The position numbers were made by a program, and so were the translations under genes. A DNA stretch of 29,041 nucleotides from a virus. The notes under the pieces are model-generated. The model had not been told where the DNA came from and made no database searches. It saw nothing but the letters and a program-made list of their open reading frames with translations. Below are positions 1-7,930 of this stretch, in pieces. The number at the start of each line of letters is the position of its first letter. Within the stretch, counting starts at the first letter, position 1. Where the stretch lies: positions 1-29,041 of the IMG/VR virus record IMGVR_UViG_3300045988_100074; one strand, 5' to 3'.

Positions 1-1986
1 ATTTAAATAACCAGTATAAAGAATCCAGCTTGAAGTTATAGTATTTAAATACTTATTCCTTGCAAATTCTTGAGATGTATTTAATACCTTACGAGTATAT
101 GTTTCAGATTTAATCTCATCATTCTTTTTAACATTACCCTCAACAAGTAATGAATCCCATCCTCCTGCTGAATTAGTATAATATAACACATAATCTTTAC
201 CTGTGGTATCTATATCATATCTAATCTGTCTATCACTAATATTTCCGTCTTCTACAAATCCTACTATTAAATAGCTCCCACAAGGCCATAGTTTATTGCT
301 TAAATCTTCTGTATATGTATATCCATTAATTCCAGAATTTAAACTAATATCTATAGCAGTTGATGTTCCATCTATATAAAAGAATCTATTAACAACTCCC
401 GTTCCAGTTGGTAAAATTCAACTTGCTACTAAATATTGTCTTGGATCAACTAAACCAGTAATAGGATCACTTAACATAGTGCCTTTAGTCAAATCTCTAT
501 CTTTATAACTCCAATCATTGAAAAAAGTAATTGGTTTCTCATTTCCAGATGAAGTTATTAATGTAAATGGTTTCAAATATTCTGGAGATACTATTGTTTT
601 TGAAGTATTAAATATAATCCCATTAGATATATAATTTTCAGCAACATTATTTAATAAAAACTCTACTCTATCAGTTTCTGGATATTTATAAGCTTTTCCA
701 GCATAGACCATATCCCCTGCATAATCTAAATGATATTCAATAAAATCAGAACTGATAATTTCTTCCCAAACATAATCTTTCCAAATAGGAGATATATCAG
801 ATTTAACAGATTGTGTAATATTAATAGATAAATTAATAATACTTGAACTATTCTTTATAACAGATACTCCAATAGTTGCTTGTCTAGAAGATAAACCTGA
901 ATTTTCTGCAATGTTCAAACTAATAGTTGCTACACCTTGAGAATTCACAGTTATCTTCTGTCCACTAATCCAACCTACAGGAATGCTAAATACAACATCA
1001 TCTAAGTTGTTTGAGCCTGTACCAGTTATATTTAATGTAGATGCAGTCCAACTTACTTCATAATTAGTATTAGGAATCACCAAAGACGTTGCAGCTTGTT
1101 TAATTGGAACTGTAGCTTCAAGATTATAACCTCCAGAAGTTGTTGCAGTAACCATTGCACTAAACTCCAAATTATTAGTAGTTTTATTCTCTGGAACAGT
1201 TAATACAAAATAGTTATCAACACTATCCTTTTTAATATTACTAGCTTGTGGACAGGTAACATTAAATGAAGTAATAGTTTCTTCTGTTTTAGTTGTACTT
1301 AAATGAAATTCTTCAGTAACAAAAGCAGCTGCTCCATAAGTTCCAGAAGAAGGAGTTACTACTAACTTTAAATCTTCAGGAGTATTACTCTTTTCAATCT
1401 TAAAGCCATAACTATAACTAATAAATTTATTAGTATCATAATAAGCCCCTAATTGGATAGTTGCAGTTAAATCAGTATTTCATTGAGTATTAGCTCTTAC
1501 TGTAACTTTAAACTTAATAGAGCAAGAATCTCAATCCAGAACTTCCATATTAACTAAAGCTGTAGCATTAACAACTGCTGCATCTCATTTAATAATATCT
1601 GATCTATTTAATATATACTCTACTGTATATTCTCCACCAGTATTTGGTACTTTAATGGTGCCATTAGCAGGATAATATCCAGGAGCTTTACTATGTAAAT
1701 TAATTGGTAAATCTTCCTCTAATAAAGCAGTAGTAATGCCTCTAGGATAAAAATGAAATACAGTAGAAGAATCAGTAGTTATTGTTGTAGGAGATAAAAA
1801 TTGTATTGTACATCCTTCTTTACTTGGATCCTGTATAGTTACATTTAAAGGCCCTTCTTCAGTATAATCATCTCCCCAAGTCCAATAATCATATTCTCCA
1901 GTAATTCCCCATCCAGGATTATTCCATTTAACAGGAAAACTCCTTGATGCATTATATATTCCTAATTTACTTGGTATAAATGCCAT
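1..1986 (-). CDS. Large virion structural protein (tail/baseplate-like); C-terminus runs off the window; read with TGA=Trp
   Basis: ATG at 1984-1986. Track ORFs 1585..1986 and 418..1170 share one frame. I checked every in-frame triplet from 1 to 1986 and found no TAA/TAG and four TGA (418, 1480, 1531, 1585). Composition is beta-rich (Ser/Thr/Asn). The segment ending ...ISLNIAENSGLSSRQATIGVSV weakly resembles Ig-like/BACON-type domains. Confidence 0.75.
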
Positions 1987-1988
1987 TT

Positions 1989-2477
1989 TTAAAAGTTTTT
2001 AAATAAATAATAATCTACTTGTCCTTGTAAGTCTTTAGTTATAGCATCATCAAGAAGTTCCATATAGTTGTTCTCTATATATTCTAGAGTATTAGCAAGT
2101 GGATGTTTTCCTTGAGTTCCTTGAAGATGTATCTTTCTTCCAATTAAATATGCAAGTTGATCTACAGTAGGTAACTTGCCATTATAAGGTCTTGGAATTA
2201 CTGGCTTAGTTTTAATCCAACTCTTTATATCAGATAATGGAGGAAATTTACCAGCAGCTCTGCCTTCTTCAACATATTCTCAATAATCTAATAAGCTAAA
2301 ATTAACCTCATATTCTCCATCTTGAGTCTCAACTATATAGTTTAAACTATTACCTAATGCTCCAGTGTCCTCAGATCTGGTTTTAACTAATTCCTGTCTA
2401 TAAAGAGAAATTATAAGATCTCCTCACTTCCTTAATAGCTCACTTAAATTTGAGAACTTTAATTCTTGAATATTCAT
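1989..2477 (-). CDS. Putative head-tail connector / tail-completion protein (HK97 gp10-like), 162 aa
   Basis: ATG 2475-2477, TAA 1989-1991, all triplets checked. Two in-frame TGA (2280, 2424) hide it from the standard-code track. Motifs EDTGALGNSL and DYWEYVEEG resemble the gp10-type signature (recalled, not searched). Confidence 0.5.
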
Positions 2478-2517
2478 TTTTGTTAAAATATATTATTTTA
2501 TATATTAGTAGCTAATG

Positions 2518-2544
2518 AAAATAGGGAGGTTTACTCCCTATTTT
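2518..2544 (-). terminator. Rho-independent terminator-like hairpin
   Basis: AAAATAGGGAG / GTTTA / CTCCCTATTTT. The minus-strand reading is followed by TTTTCATT. It lies between two minus-strand gene blocks. Confidence 0.55.
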
Positions 2545-2547
2545 ATA

Positions 2548-2597
2548 TGTAACTTTTTTATATTATCTTAGTACCAAATATGAGTAAAAAAGTTACA
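2548..2597 (-). repeat. 50-bp inverted-repeat element, copy A (loop in opposite orientation to copies B-D)
   Basis: Arms are TGTAACTTTTTTA (2548-2560) and TAAAAAAGTTACA (2585-2597). The reverse complement of the loop, CTCATATTTGGTACTAAGATAATA, matches the loops of copies B, C and D. Confidence 0.8.
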
Positions 2598-2598
2598 G

Positions 2599-2916
2599 TT
2601 AATGTTTTCTTTTTCATTCTTCAATCTGTCTATTTTCTTCATTAGCTTTATCTATAACATAGCATATAATGTTAAGAAACTCTTTAATCTGCATATCATA
2701 TATCTGATGTCAATTAAATCTGGTAACTTCACTTACCTTATCTATTCAGATAATTCAGCTTCATTTTTGAGTAAAAGGATTAATCGTCTCGTCTGTATTA
2801 AGCTCTTCAGAAGTTTCCTTCTTTCCAGTTTGTCCCTGGTTTTCCTTAGTCTCTTCTTCATCTCCCTTTCCGAAGAGTGTAGGGTACTCAGCGTTGATAC
2901 TTGCAATAAGTTTACA
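2599..2916 (-). CDS. Candidate -1 frameshift extension of the 3383 gene (fusion about 261 aa)
   Basis: The -1 frame is open from 3015 to a TAA at 2599-2601 if TGA=Trp (TGA at 2614, 2710, 2746, 2755, 2761). It is entered at a T9 run (plus-strand A9 at 2916-2924). It has no ATG of its own before 2694. The sequence is protein-like: ...GKGDEEETKENQGQTGKKETSEELNTDETINPFTQKWSWIIWIDKVSEVTRFNWHQIYDMQIKEF... Confidence 0.4.
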
Positions 2917-3383
2917 AAAAAAAACATTATGTCTGAAAATATATCTATTGTTAGATGGGTATTTAAGAATTCTGCCTCATCAATAGGGTCATAATCTTCT
3001 CCATACTTCTTTCCATTAGGTAGTAAGAAACAAGCTGCCAGATTAGGCATAAAATCATCATACTGCTTATAAAAATTCTGAAAGTCAATATATTGACTGG
3101 CCGTCATCTTATTAACATTAAAAAAGACTTTATATTCTTTATTACCAATATTATAAGTAGTTTCTGGGGTTTTTGGCTTATATGGAGTCTCTATAAATTT
3201 AAGATTATTTATAAACTCTTGTAGCTTGTTTACTTCCATATTAGTTATATCTTCTATAGGTATATCACTAAGTACAGATACCATAGCTAAATTCATATCT
3301 AATTCATTTTCCCAGTCTTTTCGTATTATCTCAAACAGTCTTTTATAATGAGATAAATCCATTTCATTCCAATTCTTTATCAT
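2742..3383 (-). CDS. Hypothetical protein (zero-frame product, 213 aa) downstream of terL
   Basis: Track ORF. ATG 3381-3383 overlaps the terL stop by 1 nt. TAG stop at 2742. The last ~60 aa are Arg/Lys-rich and look like an out-of-frame reading of an acidic stretch. Confidence 0.6.
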   Translation of the reverse strand: MIKNWNEMDLSHYKRLFEIIRKDWENELDMNLAMVSVLSDIPIEDITNMEVNKLQEFINNLKFIETPYKPKTPETTYNIGNKEYKVFFNVNKMTASQYIDFQNFYKQYDDFMPNLAACFLLPNGKKYGEDYDPIDEAEFLNTHLTIDIFSDIMFFFVNLLQVSTLSTLHSSEREMKKRLRKTRDKLERRKLLKSLIQTRRLILLLKNEAELSE

Positions 3384-4630
3384 TATTTAATTGCAATATT
3401 ATAAGTTCCTTTATTTGTATTTAAAGCATCATAAGCTAACATTAAAGATATACAAGTATCATCATTAAATCCAGATGGAGCATTATATGATACATTTCCA
3501 GTTTTTGGATTATATGAAGCTTCATATAGTCTTAATTCATTTAATAGTTTATCATCCTTTAAAATACCAATCTTTTCGTTTTCTAATGCAGCTTGTAGCT
3601 TATTTACAATAGCTGCTTTAGACTTATTAGTAGTTAAAAACTTAACTATCCGTAATTTAGGATTCCTTTTTACAAGAATATCATAAAACACTGAACCTAT
3701 TGAGTTTTGTTCAACTTGAACTATCTTTATAAATCCCTGATACTCAGTGAATATATTTGTCAGTAAATCAACTTGTTCTGTTGGAGTTTTGTCGTTAAAA
3801 TACTTTATAAAGACCATCTGCCCATTTTCATTTAAAGCTGTAATACAAGTATAGTCTTTACCAGAACCAGTAGCCCAGTCAACTCCAATATAGAGATTAT
3901 GATATTCAGGTTTTTTATCAATTATACAGTTAGCTATATTATTAAATAGGCAACCATCATCATCTGCAAACTCTCCAAGATATTCAGTTCTAAATTTATT
4001 TTTGGAGGTTGTAAGGCGATACATTTCAAGTTTATCCTCACTTAACAGCATAGAAGTATCTTCTAATGCTCAATCAAAGGATTGATAATATTTACTAAAA
4101 TTACCATCAAAGCCCTTTTTAAAGCATTCATAAAAGAATCCTTCTCTAAACCTTGGAGTACTAATTATAAGTATTGGAGCATTTCATACATCAGCTATAG
4201 GTGTTAAAATTTCGTATACTTCATCTGATATATAAGCTGCTTCGTCAATTACTAATATTCCACTAACTGTAAATCCTCGTAATGAATCTTTTTGCTCAGC
4301 AGATTTAAATAGTATTTCACTCCCATTAGTAAATTCAATCTCAAGCAAAGATTCATTCTTTTTCTTAATAATATCTGTGCCATCTAATGCCTTCACTAAC
4401 TCTTTAAATATCTTTCTGGAGTTAGTAAGAGTTGGTTCAACAATACAGCTAATACTTCCAGGATAGTTAATTGAAAATCGTAATAGTTCATTTTCTGCCA
4501 TAAAGGATTTACCACATTGTCTCTTTGCTTTTACAGTAAATATTTTTCCAGACCTATAAGAGTGCTCTAAAGCAGTATGTACCTTTAATTGATAGATAAA
4601 TGGGCTATATCCTTTATATATTTTTGTCAT
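3383..4630 (-). CDS. terL: Terminase large subunit
   Basis: Track ORFs 4184..4666 and 3383..4051 are in the same frame. The gap 4052-4183 was checked and is open, with TGA at 4070 and 4184. Walker A KRQCGKS, Walker B ILVIDEAAY, IISTP motif, then an RNaseH-like nuclease half (IGVDWATGSGKDYTCI, NDDTCIS). Start taken at ATG 4628-4630; ATG 4664-4666 is also possible. Confidence 0.85.
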
Positions 4631-5057
4631 TGTTAATTGGATCTCCAAATTTAAACTGGACTTCATTATTCTGAATAGCTACAATAGTCTCAGGTTGATT
4701 TAATCCAAACATACTATTTATAGTCTTAATAATCTCATTTGCAGCTCTAATATCTCCCTTACTAATAGCAGTATCCAGTAATGATTCCAATCTTGATAAT
4801 TGTATATGTCTAAGATTTTTTATAAGGTTATCATTCTTTTCAGCAATTATCTTATAAGCTTCTCCAATATATCTTGCAGCCGTTGATTGGCTTACATTAT
4901 ATTTACTTTGAAGTTCTTCACTTACTTTATTCCTTGACCATCCTTTGTTAAATAACCTTGCAGCATAAAGATATTTAGTCTTTACTTCGTCTATTTGTTC
5001 CTTTTCTACCTCTGCCTTTTTCGGTCTCCCTACTTTCTTCTTTATTTGCTCCTTCAT
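4614..5057 (-). CDS. terS: Terminase small subunit (putative)
   Basis: Lies immediately upstream of terL and overlaps it by 17 nt. Basic N-terminus GRPKK plus an HTH-like stretch WSRNKVSEELQSKYNVSQSTAARYI. First ATG at 5055-5057; the track start at 5063 is TTG. Confidence 0.6.
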   Translation of the reverse strand: MKEQIKKKVGRPKKAEVEKEQIDEVKTKYLYAARLFNKGWSRNKVSEELQSKYNVSQSTAARYIGEAYKIIAEKNDNLIKNLRHIQLSRLESLLDTAISKGDIRAANEIIKTINSMFGLNQPETIVAIQNNEVQFKFGDPINNDKNI

Positions 5058-5307
5058 CCTCAATAGTTTTTAGTTTTTCAACATATTCAAAGTAGTAAAC
5101 TCCAAGTCTCTTTATAAGGTTAAGAACACAAGTTCCGCAGTTTATATTCATTTTATATGGCTGCTCTATTAGTTCCTCATAAATAGCTCTCATCCTTTCA
5201 GTATCTTCTTTTTGGATGTTACGACAATAGTTAGCTCTAACAGCACATTTAAACCTATTATCGAATTTACTTAAATATTCATACTGTTCTTTTGTTAATT
5301 CTTTCAT
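4975..5307 (-). CDS. Hypothetical Cys-containing protein, 110 aa
   Basis: Track ORF with ATG start. The last ~28 codons overlap terS in another frame and are low complexity. Confidence 0.5.
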   Translation of the reverse strand: MKELTKEQYEYLSKFDNRFKCAVRANYCRNIQKEDTERMRAIYEELIEQPYKMNINCGTCVLNLIKRLGVYYFEYVEKLKTIEDEGANKEESRETEKGRGRKGTNRRSKD

Positions 5308-5329
5308 TTTTATTTAAAATATATTATTT

Positions 5330-5656
5330 TTAATCCAAGTATTTATAAACTATATCTATTAGTTTGGTAATCATATCTTTAATTAGAATCATACAATCCT
5401 TTATAACTGGAGTCATAAATGCGATTAAAGCAATATATGCAATCATTAAGAAGCTTAATTGTCCAGTTACTAAGATATATAGTAAACTTGCCCACCAAGT
5501 ACAGCATAGAGAACATCCAAATAAAGGTATAGACCAATCAGTGTATTTAACTCCAGGATATAGTTTACTTCATACCCATCTATTTGCCTTGTCCATAGCT
5601 CCAGATAAATCAATACAGAAGACAAGAATAATAGCTATAAAAAGTATGCTTAACAT
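5330..5656 (-). CDS. Small integral membrane protein, 108 aa
   Basis: ATG 5654-5656, TAA 5330-5332, all triplets checked, one in-frame TGA (5570). Has hydrophobic segments and a CSLCCTWW motif. It replaces the antisense track ORF 5364..5678. Confidence 0.6.
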
Positions 5657-5895
5657 AACCTCTCTCTTATTTGTTTAATAAATCTCTGAATAGTCGTATG
5701 ACTAATTCCCAGAATCTTCCCAACTTCTCTATAACTTCGATATTCAGCATATAAGATAATTATGGTCTTATCTGCTCTATTTAATGCCTCTCATTTCGGA
5801 TAAATTGCAAGTAATCTATCATCCATCTCTGTAAAGGTATCTATTTCAAAGTTATACTCAATTAATAAATCATCAATATTAATCTTCTGCTTCAT
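5650..5895 (-). CDS. Sigma-70 region 4-like HTH protein, 81 aa (C-terminal half of an ECF-like sigma)
   Basis: ATG 5893-5895, TAA 5650-5652, one in-frame TGA (5791). The stretch ADKTIIILYAEYRSYREVGKILGISHTTIQRFIKQIRERL matches the region 4.2 pattern. Confidence 0.55.
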
Positions 5896-6187
5896 TTAAC
5901 CAATCCTCTAAATTATCCGTTTGTTGTTCTAATGGCTCTTTAAATATTTCATAGTACTTTTTATATTGGTAATAGTATCTACTATTCTTAGAAAACCAAT
6001 TATTCTTAAATACTCTTGTAATCCAATACTTCAGCTCATTCTTACTATCTAATGACTGAAGCTTGGAATTAGATGTTTCCAGAAGTGCGATACATACCAT
6101 TTGTGTGCAATCATCATCTGCACCAAATTTTTCTTTTAACTCCATAATAAATGGATAGTATTTTTCTATTATTTCATTGTTATTCAT
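5879..6187 (-). CDS. Sigma-70 region 2-like protein, 102 aa (N-terminal half of an ECF-like sigma)
   Basis: Track ORF. DDDCTQMVCIALLE...ELKYWITRVFKNNWFSKNSRY fits the ECF region 2 pattern (D-QE..., WL--IA-N---D--R). Confidence 0.5.
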   Translation of the reverse strand: MNNNEIIEKYYPFIMELKEKFGADDDCTQMVCIALLETSNSKLQSLDSKNELKYWITRVFKNNWFSKNSRYYYQYKKYYEIFKEPLEQQTDNLEDWLNEAED

Positions 6188-6671
6188 ATTCCCAAATAAA
6201 TCCTCCAGCTGTTTTTCGCTGACCTTTAAGAACCTTTACAATGTTTCTGGATTGTATATTAAGCTCCCGTTCAGCATCTATTGCGGAATCTCATCTCTTA
6301 ATAAAACTTCTATCTAAGGATAGCTGTTTAATTGCTTTCTTATGAGAAATTCCCATTTTAATGTTATGACTGCCATAATTATTGTTATACTCATAAGTAC
6401 AGTACTCTAAATTATCTAAGTTATTATTTAGCTTATTTTCGTCCTTATGATTAATACATAAGTCATTTTTACCTATGAAAACTTCTGCCATTAGTCTATG
6501 TAATAGGTATTTCTTTGGCCCAAACGGATTATATAAAGTAACATAATAGTATCCACTATTTTGAAGTTGAGGTTTGATATTTTTCGGAACTGAGGTTCTA
6601 GTACTCAAGACCGAACCGTCAGTTCCTATTAAATAGTTTTCATATCCAGGTATTGCCTTATATGTCGTCAT
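6180..6671 (-). CDS. HNH homing endonuclease (NUMOD4-like N-terminus, HNH core, C-terminal HTH)
   Basis: IPGYENYLIGTDGSV, LHRLMAEVFIG, INHKDENKLNNNLDNLEY. In-frame TGA at 6291, then DSAIDAERELNIQSRNIVKVLKGQRKTAGGFIWEYE and TAA at 6180-6182. Confidence 0.8.
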
Positions 6672-7095
6672 TTCTTATATAATTACTAAAAGTTGTGCCT
6701 ATTTCTAATTTAATTGCTTTCTTTAAAGATAACTCTGTTTTTAAAGAGTATTTATATTCTCCTCCAAAATCAGTTGTACTTCTTCCATATTTCATTGAAT
6801 CTTTAATAAAAGCTCTTTTTACATCTTTATAAATATAAACTCCATCATCAAATATAATGACTAATATAGAGTTACATTTACTAAGTATATCAAACTTATC
6901 CCTATTTATAATTGTAGTTGGATATTTATCTGATTTAAATCTTCTCCTTTTAACTTCAATTATATAGTCTATATTATTCCAAGTAAATGTTCCATCATAT
7001 CTGGAATAATCGTCTTTACATCATTCTATTTCTATATTATATTTATCTTTAAATAGATTCTTTATAAAGACTAAACTTCTTATATCTGTTTTCAT
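6658..7095 (-). CDS. PD-(D/E)xK-like nuclease (putative), 145 aa
   Basis: ATG 7093-7095, TAA 6658-6660, all triplets checked, one TGA (7021). Absent from the standard-code track. Contains SRYDGTF...DYIIEVKRR, a D...ExK arrangement. Confidence 0.45.
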
Positions 7096-7334
7096 TATCT
7101 TACATTATGAATTTTTAAGGTTACATCACAATACTGTTCATATAATTCAGATACTTCTGAACTTCCAGGATTATACCACATTACAGAGTCTAATTTATGC
7201 TGAAGTTCTGCCTGTTCTAATCTAAGCTCAAATGTTTTAGTTTGGTAGTCTCCATAAGCATTATATACTCTAATACCAGCTATAATAAAGCTAAGTACTA
7301 ATAATCCAGCTAATATTTTATTTATCTTTTTCAT
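7095..7334 (-). CDS. Small protein with N-terminal transmembrane helix, 79 aa
   Basis: Track ORF trimmed to the first ATG (7332-7334). MKKINKILAGLLVLSFIIAGI. Confidence 0.5.
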   Translation of the reverse strand: MKKINKILAGLLVLSFIIAGIRVYNAYGDYQTKTFELRLEQAELQHKLDSVMWYNPGSSEVSELYEQYCDVTLKIHNVR

Positions 7335-7345
7335 AATTAAATATA

Positions 7346-7525
7346 TTAGAAAGAAATACCTAAACCAAAAAACCAAGAGGATTTCTTTACCTTTTCATTG
7401 GTTTCAATCTCCTTTAATGCCTCATTACATAATTCTTGAGCTTTCTCAATAGAACCATCTTCAGTAATCTTACCATCTAATATATCAAGAAAATATTCAA
7501 GTGCTTCAATTTGTTTAGTTTTCAT
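7346..7525 (-). CDS. Small acidic protein, 59 aa; first gene of the leftward operon
   Basis: ATG 7523-7525, TAA 7346-7348. Lies about 40 nt downstream of the leftward promoter. Confidence 0.45.
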   Translation of the reverse strand: MKTKQIEALEYFLDILDGKITEDGSIEKAQELCNEALKEIETNEKVKKSSWFFGLGISF

Positions 7526-7565
7526 AATTTATAAAGTTTAATTGTTAATATTATGTCTTACTTTC

Positions 7566-7585
7566 ATAGTACAAATATACAACAA
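7566..7585. repeat. Left arm of a 20-bp perfect inverted repeat
   Basis: ATAGTACAAATATACAACAA is the exact reverse complement of 7759-7778. It embeds the -7 box of the leftward promoter. Confidence 0.9.
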
Positions 7586-7603
7586 AAAATTCATATTTCC
7601 AAA
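7572..7603 (-). promoter_or_regulatory. Bacteroidota-type promoter, leftward
   Basis: The minus strand reads TTTG, then a 20-nt spacer, then TATATTTG (consensus -33 TTTG / -7 TAnnTTTG). Confidence 0.6.
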
Positions 7604-7660
7604 TATTTTATGCATTTTTTCAAAAAAATATTACTATTTGTATTTTTTAGTGCTAAAAAT

Positions 7661-7691
7661 TTTGTAGATTAAAAAATTATTCTTATATTTG
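7661..7691 (+). promoter_or_regulatory. Bacteroidota-type promoter, rightward (distal)
   Basis: TTTG (7661-7664), 19-nt spacer, TATATTTG (7684-7691). Confidence 0.5.
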
Positions 7692-7740
7692 TAGTGTGAT
7701 AATAAAAATACAATTTTAAATAAAAATAATGCTTAAATTA

Positions 7741-7772
7741 TTTGGAGATTGAGAAAAATTGTTGTATATTTG
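7741..7772 (+). promoter_or_regulatory. Bacteroidota-type promoter, rightward (proximal)
   Basis: TTTG (7741-7744), 20-nt spacer, TATATTTG (7765-7772). Confidence 0.6.
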
Positions 7773-7778
7773 TACTAT
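7759..7778. repeat. Right arm of a 20-bp perfect inverted repeat
   Basis: TTGTTGTATATTTGTACTAT. It embeds the -7 box of the proximal rightward promoter. Confidence 0.9.
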
Positions 7779-7846
7779 CAAACTAAAACTACTTCCATAT
7801 TGAAAATTGAGCTGGGATTAATTTCCAGTTTAATTTTAACCTTTAC

Positions 7847-7896
7847 TGTAACTTTTTTACTAATATTTTGTAGTAAGATAAATAAAAAAAGTTACA
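7847..7896 (+). repeat. 50-bp inverted-repeat element, copy B
   Basis: Left arm TGTAACTTTTTTA, loop CTAATATTTTGTAGTAAGATAAA, right arm TAAAAAAAGTTACA. Lies in the leader, 35 nt upstream of the helicase ATG. Confidence 0.8.
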
Positions 7897-7930
7897 TATA
7901 AAATTTATTAACTTATTAAAAATTACTATT

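Noticed and set aside
2599-2694. Independent 31-aa ORF (MQIKEFLNIICYVIDKANEENRQIEEWKRKH)
   Set aside because: It is in the same frame as the long -1-frame extension entered at the T9 run, so it is more likely the tail of that product than a separate gene.
2602-2994. Plus-strand track ORF (130 aa), and by the same logic the other plus-strand ORFs 5364-5678, 10997-11194, 16863-17111, 18093-18281, 20948-21214, 21218-21487, 24337-24546, 24564-24851, 24598-24825, 24943-25149, 28459-28719 and 28762-28950
   Set aside because: All lie antisense to longer, motif-bearing minus-strand genes. Their sequences are low complexity (Ser/Leu/Phe/Ile-rich) and they have no upstream signals. They are shadow ORFs typical of AT-rich coding DNA.
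7729-7821. 30-aa plus-strand ORF (with two TGA) inside the divergent control region
   Set aside because: It is short, spans the promoter and inverted-repeat sequences, and shows no coding-like composition.
7860-7882. The loops of the 50-bp elements acting as ordinary host-type promoters
   Set aside because: The loop motif ATATTTTG is off by one from TAnnTTTG and lacks a properly spaced TTTG. In copies C and D the orientation would drive antisense transcription, while copy A is flipped. A directional promoter role does not fit all four copies.
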